Assembly (NCBI GenBank): GCA_028282585.1
Contig: JANQHR010000164.1
Location: forward strand, 1 to 35,538
Direction: 5' to 3'
DNA length: 35,538 bases
Source of the DNA: Bacteroidales bacterium
GTDB taxonomy: Bacteria > Bacteroidota > Bacteroidia > Bacteroidales > UBA12077
Position 1 is the first letter of the stretch; every line of letters begins with the position of its first letter. This document shows positions 26,850 to 35,538 of this stretch, in pieces. The position numbers and the translations under genes were made by a program. Under the pieces are notes generated by a model that made no database searches, was not told the origin of the DNA, and saw nothing but the letters and a program-made list of their open reading frames with translations.

Positions 26850-28919
26850 TTATTCAGCAGTATTTGTATTGTTCATTTTACGTTTCAGATACTGATAATA
26901 TGCAATTTGAGCTCTTACCTTAAACTTATTATTTTGCACGTAATTATTAACTTGTTTTGCATCCAGCATTCGTGCTTTAACATTATCTTTTAATTGAACA
27001 TTAAGCATATGCTTCAACTCCTTTTTAATTTCTTCATCGTATATAGGGCTCGTAAGCTCGATTCTATTATCCAGATTTCGTCCCATCCAATCTGCTGAAG
27101 AAATGTACATTAGTTCCTGACCGGCATGATAAAAATAGAAAATACGCGAATGTTCCAGAAAACGGTCAACAATACTTATAACCTCAATATTTTCACTTAA
27201 TCCTTCAATTCCTGGTTTAATAGAGCAAGCACCACGAATGATTAATTTTATTTTTACGCCAGCATTGCTTGCTTCATATAATTTGTCTATCATTTGTTTG
27301 TCAACTAAACTATTCATTTTTACAATTAAAAAAGCTTTTTTCCTCTGCTTAGCCCTTTTAATTTCAAAATCTATTAATTCAGTAAAATGAGACCTTGTTC
27401 TAAAGGGAGAAAGTATTATATGTTCAAATACATGTTGTTTATAGTTTTTATCGAAAAATTCAAATACTTTTACACATTCGTCTGTAATTCTTTTGTCGTA
27501 GGTAAACAATCCTTCATCGCAATACAATTTAGCAGTGCTTTCTTGAAAATTTCCTGTACCGATATACACAAAATGTTCAAGTAATTTATCGTCTTTACGA
27601 GAAATTAGACAAAGTTTGCTATGCACTTTTAAGCCGGGTATTCCATGAATAACCTTTATACCATTCTCTTGAAGAAGATTTGACCATCTAATATTATTTT
27701 GTTCATCAAATCTCGCTTGAAGTTCAATTAAAACAACTACTTTTTTTCCATTACGAGCAGCGTTTATTAATGTATTTATAACCTTTGACTTTTTAGCCAC
27801 ACGATATAAGGTAATTTGAATTGCTTCAACTTTTGGATCAATTGCTGCTTCAAGAAGCATTTCAATAAAAAAACTAAAAGATTGATAAGGGTAATGTAAT
27901 ATATGATCTCTTTTACGAATTTCGTTTAAAATACTTTTGTTGTGTTTAAAATATGCAGCCGGTAATGGAGGCATAGGTTTATTTTCCAAACGTTTTGCAC
28001 CAATATTTGGAAAATCTATAAAATCTTTAAAATTATGATATCTACCTCCGGAAATAATATTATCCTCATTATCCAGATCCATTTGTTTTTTTAGAAATTC
28101 CAATAAATCAAAAGGCATTTGAGCATCGTACACAAATCTTACAGGTTCTCCTTTTTTTCTTTGTTCTAAACCTAATGACATTTTTTCCATGAAACTTTTT
28201 GAAATATCATCATCCAAATCCATTTCTGCATCACGTGTAATCTTAATGTTGTAGGCTTCTATATTATCATATTCAAAAATCGAGAATACATCGTTAATAC
28301 AATATCTTACAATGTCATCTAATATTATAATATACTTCTTTTTTCCGTTTGGTGGGAGAATAACAAATCGAGATAAGATATCTGTTGCTAAATCTAAAAG
28401 AGCATATTGAGTGGTAAAGTCTTCTCCATCATTCGACAGTTTTACCGCAAAATATATGTTTTTATCTTTTAACTCTGGAAAACTTCCATTTTGACCCAAC
28501 ATAATCGGAGTGAGTACTGGTCGAATTTTATCGTTATAATAGTTTTCAACGAAAACAGCTTGTTCTTTTGTAAGTTGTTTTTCGTTAATAACAAATACAT
28601 TGTGGCCTTCTAGCTCTGTAATTAAACTATTGTATGTTTTTTCGAAAGTGATTTGCTGATTAATAACTATTTTTTGAATAGAATCCAGAACTTGTTTGGG
28701 TGTTTTATGCCCTAAAAGAATCTTTTCCTTACCCCAAATGGCAGCAAGTCTTCTCATAGTAGCCACACGAACTCGAAAGAATTCATCTAAATTATTTGAA
28801 AAAATACCAAGAAAACGCAATCTCTGTAAAACCGGGACCGACTTATCTAATGCTTCCTGCAATACTCGTTCGTTAAACGAAAGCCAGCTTATTTCTCTAT
28901 TTATAAATCTTTTACGCAT
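26850..28919 (-). CDS. ppk1: Polyphosphate kinase 1
   Basis: FINREISWLSFNERVL, SNNLDEFFRVRV, LHYPY.SF, TLYR, EL.ARFDE..N, LKVHSK, RFLEHSR, SSADWM.RNL. Confidence 0.97.
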   Translation of the reverse strand: MRKRFINREISWLSFNERVLQEALDKSVPVLQRLRFLGIFSNNLDEFFRVRVATMRRLAAIWGKEKILLGHKTPKQVLDSIQKIVINQQITFEKTYNSLITELEGHNVFVINEKQLTKEQAVFVENYYNDKIRPVLTPIMLGQNGSFPELKDKNIYFAVKLSNDGEDFTTQYALLDLATDILSRFVILPPNGKKKYIIILDDIVRYCINDVFSIFEYDNIEAYNIKITRDAEMDLDDDISKSFMEKMSLGLEQRKKGEPVRFVYDAQMPFDLLEFLKKQMDLDNEDNIISGGRYHNFKDFIDFPNIGAKRLENKPMPPLPAAYFKHNKSILNEIRKRDHILHYPYQSFSFFIEMLLEAAIDPKVEAIQITLYRVAKKSKVINTLINAARNGKKVVVLIELQARFDEQNNIRWSNLLQENGIKVIHGIPGLKVHSKLCLISRKDDKLLEHFVYIGTGNFQESTAKLYCDEGLFTYDKRITDECVKVFEFFDKNYKQHVFEHIILSPFRTRSHFTELIDFEIKRAKQRKKAFLIVKMNSLVDKQMIDKLYEASNAGVKIKLIIRGACSIKPGIEGLSENIEVISIVDRFLEHSRIFYFYHAGQELMYISSADWMGRNLDNRIELTSPIYDEEIKKELKHMLNVQLKDNVKARMLDAKQVNNYVQNNKFKVRAQIAYYQYLKRKMNNTNTAE

Positions 28920-29020
28920 ATTGGTGTATTTTATTTTTCAAAAATCCAAAAATCATTTGGCTTTTAAAAATACAAAATAATAATTTAACAAAAACTTAAA
29001 TCTGGCAGTATATTGGGGTT

Positions 29021-29719
29021 TTATGAGATTATGTCGATATTCTTAACATGAATTAAATTCATCTTATCCAGGTTAAGAGCAGTTAAAAATCCAAGTAAGT
29101 TTTTTTTAACATAAACACATCCGGAATCAATATTAATCACATCGGAATTATTATCAATTCTTTCTTTAATTTCATTTTTACTAATAGGAGTATGACCATG
29201 TATAATTTTTTTGCCATTTGTATAAGAATGGTCATTTTGTTCGAGACGCGTCCATAACATAAACTCTAGTTCCTCAAATGGATTAGAGGATATAAAATTG
29301 AATCCAGCGTGTACAATGAAAAAGTTTTCAAGTTCAATAAAATAAGGTAGGTCATTTATGAGTTCATAATAGTATTCCGGAATATAATTTCTTATACTCT
29401 TATTTAAATTATAAGTTCTACTAAAACTGGCGATTGTACTTTCTGCTCCGTTATAATACCAGTTTGAAGCGTATATGGGTGAATTTTTGGAATATGCATC
29501 TAAAAACATCTGTTCGTGGTTTCCTTTAACTCCATTAACTGTTATACCATCTTGTTTGAGTTTAATTAAGTAATCGATAATTCCTTTTGAGTCAGGTCCA
29601 CGATCAATTAGATCACCAACAAAATACAACTCAGGATTTTGATCATTGCGAAATATTTGCTCTATTAACTTTTTTAAAGTTTTTAAGCAACCATGAACAT
29701 CTCCAATACAATAGCGCAT
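29021..29719 (-). CDS. Calcineurin-like metallophosphoesterase (PphA/ApaH-like Ser/Thr phosphatase)
   Basis: GDVHG, GDLIDRGPDS, GNHE, VHAG, HGHTP, IDSG. Confidence 0.92.
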   Translation of the reverse strand: MRYCIGDVHGCLKTLKKLIEQIFRNDQNPELYFVGDLIDRGPDSKGIIDYLIKLKQDGITVNGVKGNHEQMFLDAYSKNSPIYASNWYYNGAESTIASFSRTYNLNKSIRNYIPEYYYELINDLPYFIELENFFIVHAGFNFISSNPFEELEFMLWTRLEQNDHSYTNGKKIIHGHTPISKNEIKERIDNNSDVINIDSGCVYVKKNLLGFLTALNLDKMNLIHVKNIDIIS

Positions 29720-29799
29720 ATTTTAAATTTTTAATAAATTACGTAATCCGTTTAGAATTGTCAAGCAATTATTTAATTTTAGATTTGAATAAGGAACAT

Positions 29800-30504
29800 A
29801 TGGAAAAGCTATTTGTTGTCATTATTGTTATTCTCATTTTATTTTCTGTTAGGGAAAAAACCAGATACGAAAATATTTTTGGTGAATCGTACTTGGAGGC
29901 GATCGAATTTCTTAACGCAAATGATAGTATTATTAATAAGTACTTAGATTATGACCAACGATCTAAAAACGAAAAATTAGCTATTGTTTTTCCCGAATTA
30001 ATAAAATATACACTATACCAGGATTTACTTGAAACAACAGCTCTAGAATTGATTTATACAAATTACGGCAAACGTTATGCTGACTTTTCTATTGGTTACT
30101 TTCAGATGAAACCATCTTTTATTGAAAACCTTGAAGTTGAGATTCTGAAATATTCCGAACTAAAATCAAGGTACTATAAGTTAGCTACATTTGATGATTT
30201 AAGCCCAAAAGAAATAAGAAAAATGAGAGTTGAAAGACTAAAAATGATAGAATGGCAATTAATATATTTGAATTGTTTTTATGATTATTTAAGTTTAATA
30301 TATAAAGATGAAAAGTGGAAAAATCGGAATCAAAAAGTTAGGTTTTATGCAACTTCTTACAATTACAACTTTAAGGCTGATAAAAAAGATATAGAAAATA
30401 GACTTAACCAGAAATTATTTCCTTACGGAAAACAAAAAGGGAATAAACAATATTCCTATTGTGAGATTTCCGTTTATTACTTGAATAATCTATCTGACTA
30501 TTAA
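29800..30504 (+). CDS. Membrane-anchored hypothetical protein, possible lysozyme-like fold
   Basis: The likely start MEKLFVVIIVILILFS at 29800 avoids overlap with the phosphatase gene. Motifs VFPEL, DFSIGYFQMKPSF, ATSYN. Confidence 0.6.
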   Translation: MEKLFVVIIVILILFSVREKTRYENIFGESYLEAIEFLNANDSIINKYLDYDQRSKNEKLAIVFPELIKYTLYQDLLETTALELIYTNYGKRYADFSIGYFQMKPSFIENLEVEILKYSELKSRYYKLATFDDLSPKEIRKMRVERLKMIEWQLIYLNCFYDYLSLIYKDEKWKNRNQKVRFYATSYNYNFKADKKDIENRLNQKLFPYGKQKGNKQYSYCEISVYYLNNLSDY

Positions 30505-32129
30505 CTGTAAAGATACCTTTTGATTTTTTGAGTTGCTGTTTTTTCAAACGGAATGGTTTGAGGAACAACTGCATATACTCTTGAAAATTTATTCACTTTC
30601 GAATTAATATATGTATGAAGCTCATCGATTAATTCATCTGCTTTCTTTTTAGCAAAGTGAACGGCCTCCTCTTTTAAATGTTGAAATTGTTTTTCCAATT
30701 CTTCATAATTAAAGTGAACAAGGGCAATCAATTTTCCTTTCTTTTCAACAACAATTGATTCTAAAACATATTTAAAATTATTTATAATTGATTCTATTTC
30801 TTCCGGGTAGATATTTTCTCCACTGGCACCAACGATCATATTTTTAATTCGTCCTTTTATGTATAAGTATTTGTCTTTATCAAAAAAACCACGATCGCCT
30901 GTTTTTAACCAACCATCTTCAGTTAAAACTTCTTTTGTAAGTTTAGGTTCTTTGTAATACCCTTTCATTACATTATCACCTTTTGCCCATACTTCGCCTT
31001 CTCCGGTTTTTGGATCGGGATTATTAATTTTAACTTTAATTCCATCTAATATTGGGCCGGTTGCCCTGTACTTTACATTTTTAGGATTAGCACCTGATAA
31101 GAAAGGAGCACATTCTGTTAACCCATAGCCTATTGCATAAGGAAATTTTGCCTCTCTTAAGAATTTTTCTACTACCGGATCTAAAGGAGCACCTCCAATC
31201 CCAAAGAATTCCAATTTACCACCAAATGTTTTTTTTAGTTTCTTACCGGCAAGCCTGTTTAATATTTTTCTTATAACTGTAACTTTATAAAGCAATGCCA
31301 TAAATGTACTTTTAGTGAATGTGGGGAGAACTTTGTTTTTATAGATTTTTTCAATCACCATTGGAACACTTAGAATATGTGTTGGTTTTACCTTTTCCAT
31401 TGCAGGAATTAATGCATTTGCAGTTGGTGGTTTTTCCAGGTAATAAACAGAAGAACCTCTCATAATAGGCATGATCAAACCTAAAGTATTTTCATATGCA
31501 TGAGAAAGCGGTAATATGGAAAGAAAACGATGGTTTTGTTTAACGTTTTCAACATTTAATAACTGGATTGCTTCAAAAACAATATTTTTATGCGTTAGCA
31601 TAACTCCCTTTGATTTCCCAGTTGTACCAGATGTATATATTATTGAAGTAATATCCTGTTCGTTAATTTCAATTTCATTGAATCCATCAATATTCTGAGA
31701 ATGATTGCCTTTTAATACTTCCAGATTATCTGTGAATATAATTGTATCTATTACATTCTTAGATACACTTTCTATTTTAGGAAACATTAGTTTAGAAACA
31801 AAAACGGCTTTTGTTTCCGAATGCTCAAGAATATTTAAAATTTCAGATTCATGAAAATCTGGTAATAAGGGCACTGCAATTGCACCAATTGAAGCGATCG
31901 AGAAGAAAGCGATCCCCCAATTAGGCATATTCCTACTTAAAATGGCGACTTTATCACCTTTTCTTATACCAAGTTGGAATAAAACCTTTTTAAGTTTATT
32001 TACTTCATTTTGAAAATCATGATAAGTTAAGTGTTTCTGATTTACATATGATAATGCAATATTTTCACCATATTTCTTAAAACTATTTTCAAGTAAACTT
32101 GGTATTGTTAGTTTTTCAATATTGATCAT
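30501..32129 (-). CDS. Long-chain fatty-acid-CoA ligase (AMP-binding)
   Basis: IIYTSGTTGKSKGVML, GYGLTEC, NVMKGYYK, GWLKTGD.G, GRIKN…..GENIYPEEIE. The ATG at 32129 is preferred. Confidence 0.93.
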   Translation of the reverse strand: MINIEKLTIPSLLENSFKKYGENIALSYVNQKHLTYHDFQNEVNKLKKVLFQLGIRKGDKVAILSRNMPNWGIAFFSIASIGAIAVPLLPDFHESEILNILEHSETKAVFVSKLMFPKIESVSKNVIDTIIFTDNLEVLKGNHSQNIDGFNEIEINEQDITSIIYTSGTTGKSKGVMLTHKNIVFEAIQLLNVENVKQNHRFLSILPLSHAYENTLGLIMPIMRGSSVYYLEKPPTANALIPAMEKVKPTHILSVPMVIEKIYKNKVLPTFTKSTFMALLYKVTVIRKILNRLAGKKLKKTFGGKLEFFGIGGAPLDPVVEKFLREAKFPYAIGYGLTECAPFLSGANPKNVKYRATGPILDGIKVKINNPDPKTGEGEVWAKGDNVMKGYYKEPKLTKEVLTEDGWLKTGDRGFFDKDKYLYIKGRIKNMIVGASGENIYPEEIESIINNFKYVLESIVVEKKGKLIALVHFNYEELEKQFQHLKEEAVHFAKKKADELIDELHTYINSKVNKFSRVYAVVPQTIPFEKTATQKIKRYLYS

Positions 32130-32323
32130 AACTCCCTTTATCAACTGTTTAAAATAAAAACAGTTCTTTAATGTATTTAGATGGTTTAACGTTTCAAAAA
32201 TAATATTTAAATTACGTAAAGAAAATTTTGAATTAATAAGATATCAACAATATTAAATACGTATTGTTTGAAAGAAAAAAACTGATTGAACATTAATCAG
32301 CTGTAATAAAAATTAAATTCGTT

Positions 32324-32920
32324 TTAAAAATTAAGGTTGACACCGATTCTCACTGAGGAATAATCTAATTCGAAACCTTCATATTCATCATCAGTAGTTT
32401 TAGCCAAGTCGTATGCTATAATTACTTGCGGATTAAACCTTTTGTTATTTATACTTACCCCTGTTTGGAATCTTGGATTTACAGAACTACCTGAAAAGTC
32501 TTCAAAACTCATACTATTAGATAATAATCCTACTCCAATAATTATACTGTTCTTTTTTGTTGGCGATAGTGGTGCCAGGAAGTTTGTCATCATACCACCC
32601 GAAAACTTTGTAAAGTTATATGTTTTATCAGCACCAGTTATAACCTTTGGCGAAACTGAATATTCAATTAGAGGTTGTATTTCGACCAAATTGAAAAACC
32701 TAAAGCCAAAGCCAATCCCCATATTAATATTTAAAATTAGATCGCTAGTGCCAGATGTAATATAATAACTGCCAAGATCATTTTCTATCCATGCATTAAC
32801 ATCTTCAGGATTATAAAAACCAAAGTGAACAGAAGGAAAGAATTTAAAATCAAAAACTTCTTGAGCAGAAACGTTTAATGAAATTAAAAAAGCAATGGTT
32901 AATAAGATATGTTTTCTCAT
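32324..32920 (-). CDS. Putative small outer-membrane beta-barrel protein
   Basis: Signal peptide ending VSA|Q, alternating amphipathic strands, C-terminal RIGVNLNF (terminal Phe). Confidence 0.7.
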   Translation of the reverse strand: MRKHILLTIAFLISLNVSAQEVFDFKFFPSVHFGFYNPEDVNAWIENDLGSYYITSGTSDLILNINMGIGFGFRFFNLVEIQPLIEYSVSPKVITGADKTYNFTKFSGGMMTNFLAPLSPTKKNSIIIGVGLLSNSMSFEDFSGSSVNPRFQTGVSINNKRFNPQVIIAYDLAKTTDDEYEGFELDYSSVRIGVNLNF

Positions 32921-33002
32921 AATAAATGAATTTTGTTAATCAATTCAGATTAAATACTAAACAAAATTATGCGAAAGTATCATAAAAGCCAAATATTAAT
33001 AG

Positions 33003-34157
33003 TCATTTAATTTCATCAGAATAATAAGCTTTTACTAAATTTCTTAAATTATAGGTAGAAGCCATTACTTCTCCGTAAGCGCCACATGATTGTATCTCAA
33101 TGAAGTCACCTCTCTTTATTTCAGGTAGGTTAACGGATTTACCAAAATAATCTGCAGATTCGCAAATTGGACCTACAATATCATATTTTTTCTTTGGAAG
33201 TTTAGATGTTAAATTTTCAATATTGTGATATGCCTGATATAGTGCAGGTCTAATCAATTCTGTCATACCTCCGTCTACAATGGCAAAATCTATATTAACT
33301 CCCTTTTTTACATAAAGTACTTTTGTAATTAATGAGCCACACTGACCTACCATTGATCTTCCTAATTCGAAATGAACTTTTTGCCTGGGCAAGAGTTCAA
33401 GTAAATTGCTGAATAAAGCAAAATAATTACTGAAATCGGGGATAGGTTCTTCCCAGGGTTTTTCGTAATTAATACCTAAACCACCACCAACATTAATTTC
33501 TTTAATTTCTATATTCTGATTTATAAACCACTTCTGAATTTCATTTATGCGGAGGCAAAGTTCTTTAAATGCCATTAAATCTCTTATTTGTGATCCGATA
33601 TGAAAATGTAACCCAATTAATTTTATATTTTTTAAATTTATAATTAATTCTACTAATTCATGAAGTTCCCACATATTTATCCCAAATTTATTCTCTTCAA
33701 TGCCTGTTGTAATGTAATGATGAGTTTGGGCATTTATATTGGGATTTATACGCAAAGCGACTTTAGCTAATTTATTTTTTGCTTTTGCGAGATCATTAAT
33801 AACATTAAGCTCCGGAAAAGATTCACAATTAAAGCAAAAGATATTATGATCTAAGCCAATATTAATTTCCCAGTCAGCCTTTCCAACTCCTGCATAAACA
33901 ATTTTATTAACATCAAATCCAGTTTCAATAGCTTTTTGGATCTCGTTTCCACTTACACAATCTGCTCCAAACCCATTATCACTAATTAGTTTTAGAATTT
34001 TAGAATTTGAGTTGGCTTTTAGTGCATAATGTACAAAAAAACCATATTTTTCAGATTCTGTTTTAGCTTTTTGGATCGTTTCAGATAAAAGATCCATATT
34101 ATAATAGAAAAACGGAGTTTTTAAATGTTGGATTAATTTTGTATCGGTATTACTCAT
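33003..34157 (-). CDS. lysA: Diaminopimelate decarboxylase
   Basis: TPF..Y, YALKAN (PLP Lys), DCVS.NE, ENKFG, HFHIGSQ, NVGGGLG, ELGR, RPALY, GPICES.D, GAYG..MAS.YN. Confidence 0.97.
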   Translation of the reverse strand: MSNTDTKLIQHLKTPFFYYNMDLLSETIQKAKTESEKYGFFVHYALKANSNSKILKLISDNGFGADCVSGNEIQKAIETGFDVNKIVYAGVGKADWEINIGLDHNIFCFNCESFPELNVINDLAKAKNKLAKVALRINPNINAQTHHYITTGIEENKFGINMWELHELVELIINLKNIKLIGLHFHIGSQIRDLMAFKELCLRINEIQKWFINQNIEIKEINVGGGLGINYEKPWEEPIPDFSNYFALFSNLLELLPRQKVHFELGRSMVGQCGSLITKVLYVKKGVNIDFAIVDGGMTELIRPALYQAYHNIENLTSKLPKKKYDIVGPICESADYFGKSVNLPEIKRGDFIEIQSCGAYGEVMASTYNLRNLVKAYYSDEIK

Positions 34158-35469
34158 TTGTAAAAAGATTTTCGTTTAGTAATTGCAATGCTTTCACTTT
34201 ATCATCGCACTTTACAAGTAATGTAACATTATGATTACTACCTCCATAGGATATCATTCGTATTGGTATATCTGCTAATGCATTAAAGATTCTTCTTGCT
34301 AATCCCTTTTTTTCTGCTATAAAATCTCCTACTACACATATTATGGATTGGTCCTTAACAATTTCTACTGTACCATATCTGCTTAATTCATCTTTAATGA
34401 GATTTAAATGTTCACAATTGTCAATAGTGACAGAAACTGCAACTTCTGAGGTTGTAATTACATCTACAGGCGTTTTATACATTTCAAAAACCTCAAAAAC
34501 TTTACGAAGAAATCCATATGCTAACAGCATTCGACCAGATTTAATCTTTATGGTGGTGATATTATCTTTTGCAGCAATTGCTTTAATCTCTTTTCCATTC
34601 GATGTTGATTTGATAATAGTACCTTCGTCGAAAGGATTCATTGTATTTTTTAATCTTACAGGAATTCCTAAATCCTTGCATGGTCGAACACTGGATGGAT
34701 GTAGTATTTTTGCCCCGAAATATGCTAATTCGGCTGCTTCTTCAAAAGATAACTCACGAATAACTGAAGTATTATTAACAAAACGAGGATCACCATTGTG
34801 AAATCCATCAATATCGGTCCAGATCTGAATCTCTTTCGCTTTAATAGCTGCCCCGATCAAGGAAGCTGTATAATCGCTACCTCCACGTTTTAAATTATCT
34901 ATTTCACCAAACGCATTTCGACAGATAAAACCTTGCGTAATAAATAGCTTTTCACTAGGATATTTTTGTAGCTCACGTTTAAGGTTTTCTTGTATGTAAT
35001 ATTCATCGGGTTCCATTCCACGGTCAATTCTCATAAAATTTAGTGCCGGTAAAAGAATTGAATGAATTTTTTCTTCTTCGAGCAGGAAATGAAACAGAGC
35101 TGTGGATAAAAGCTCACCTTGCGCCAGTATAGCTTTTTCCTGATAAACAGTAAAAGATTTCCGGACAAAGCTTTTAATATAATTAAAGTGACTATTTATT
35201 AATTCATTTCCTTTATTCAAGAAAACTTTAGTTTTAAATAATTCGGAAACAATCTGGTGATAATACTTTTCAAGTTTTTGAATGATTTCTTCAGCCGCTT
35301 GTTTTTTATCATTTTTTAGATTTTTTGTGATTTCATCTAATAAATTGGTCGTACCTGCCATTGCAGAAAGTACAACAATTTTTGGTTCATTATCATTTGC
35401 TATAGGCATCAATGCTTTTAAACGTTCTGATGTTCCTACAGATGTACCACCAAATTTTAATACTCTCAT
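34150..35469 (-). CDS. lysC: Aspartate kinase (monofunctional, ACT domains)
   Basis: VLKFGGTSVG, VVLSAM.GTT, GELLS, RGGSDYTA, WTDIDG..DPR, ELAYFGAKILHP; overlaps lysA by 8 bp. Confidence 0.96.
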   Translation of the reverse strand: MRVLKFGGTSVGTSERLKALMPIANDNEPKIVVLSAMAGTTNLLDEITKNLKNDKKQAAEEIIQKLEKYYHQIVSELFKTKVFLNKGNELINSHFNYIKSFVRKSFTVYQEKAILAQGELLSTALFHFLLEEEKIHSILLPALNFMRIDRGMEPDEYYIQENLKRELQKYPSEKLFITQGFICRNAFGEIDNLKRGGSDYTASLIGAAIKAKEIQIWTDIDGFHNGDPRFVNNTSVIRELSFEEAAELAYFGAKILHPSSVRPCKDLGIPVRLKNTMNPFDEGTIIKSTSNGKEIKAIAAKDNITTIKIKSGRMLLAYGFLRKVFEVFEMYKTPVDVITTSEVAVSVTIDNCEHLNLIKDELSRYGTVEIVKDQSIICVVGDFIAEKKGLARRIFNALADIPIRMISYGGSNHNVTLLVKCDDKVKALQLLNENLFTNE

Positions 35470-35492
35470 TTTTTAATTATTATCTATTAAAC

Positions 35493-35524
35493 AAAAAAAG
35501 GTTTACAAAAACTGCAAACCTTTT
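35493..35524 (-). terminator. Intrinsic terminator-like hairpin 23 bp upstream of lysC
   Basis: The minus strand reads AAAAGGTTTGCA-GTTTT-TGTAAACCTTTTTTT. Confidence 0.65.
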
Positions 35525-35538
35525 ACGATTATTTTATA

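Noticed and set aside
29587-29799. N-terminal extension of the 305-aa ORF; likewise the extended starts at 24051, 19812, 18521 and 32144
   Set aside because: They overlap neighbouring genes or promoters, or precede an obvious signal peptide or conserved N-terminus. Downstream ATGs were preferred.
1591-35476. Short antisense or overlapping ORFs in the track (e.g. 1591-1782, 2915-3169, 4064-4315, 8715-8921, 12453-12725, 23121-23438, 32442-32765, 34343-34801)
   Set aside because: They lie within or opposite well-supported genes and have no recognisable motifs; treated as shadow ORFs.

Overview
AT-rich bacterial window (roughly 30% GC by eye), very likely Bacteroidota and probably Bacteroidales-like. 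Evidence: TAnnTTTG-type promoters, signal peptides followed by Gln, DUF3127, and a stand-alone MnmD. The left half (1-18.1 kb) is accessory. It holds a class I lanthipeptide (RiPP) cluster: one double-glycine precursor with an LxLxKx5L leader and an acidic 5-Cys core, two apparently intact LanC cyclases, a split LanB, a C39-peptidase ABC exporter and an HlyD adaptor. Directly next to it, sharing a divergent intergenic region with the precursor, is a signalling/proteolysis module: a secreted TPR-CHAT (caspase-like) protease, a membrane TPR histidine kinase, a NarL/LuxR response regulator and a secreted DUF928-like protein. A third, decayed lanC copy, missed by the ORF track, lies at 1-355. The right half is mostly housekeeping (thioesterase, PPIases, mnmD, ppk1, acyl-CoA ligase, lysA, lysC). 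It also contains a photolyase / CarH-like B12 regulator / ECF sigma / SRPBCC light-response block with no carotenoid genes. No rRNA, tRNA, CRISPR array or transposase/integrase was seen. All family calls come from motif recognition by eye, not from database searches.
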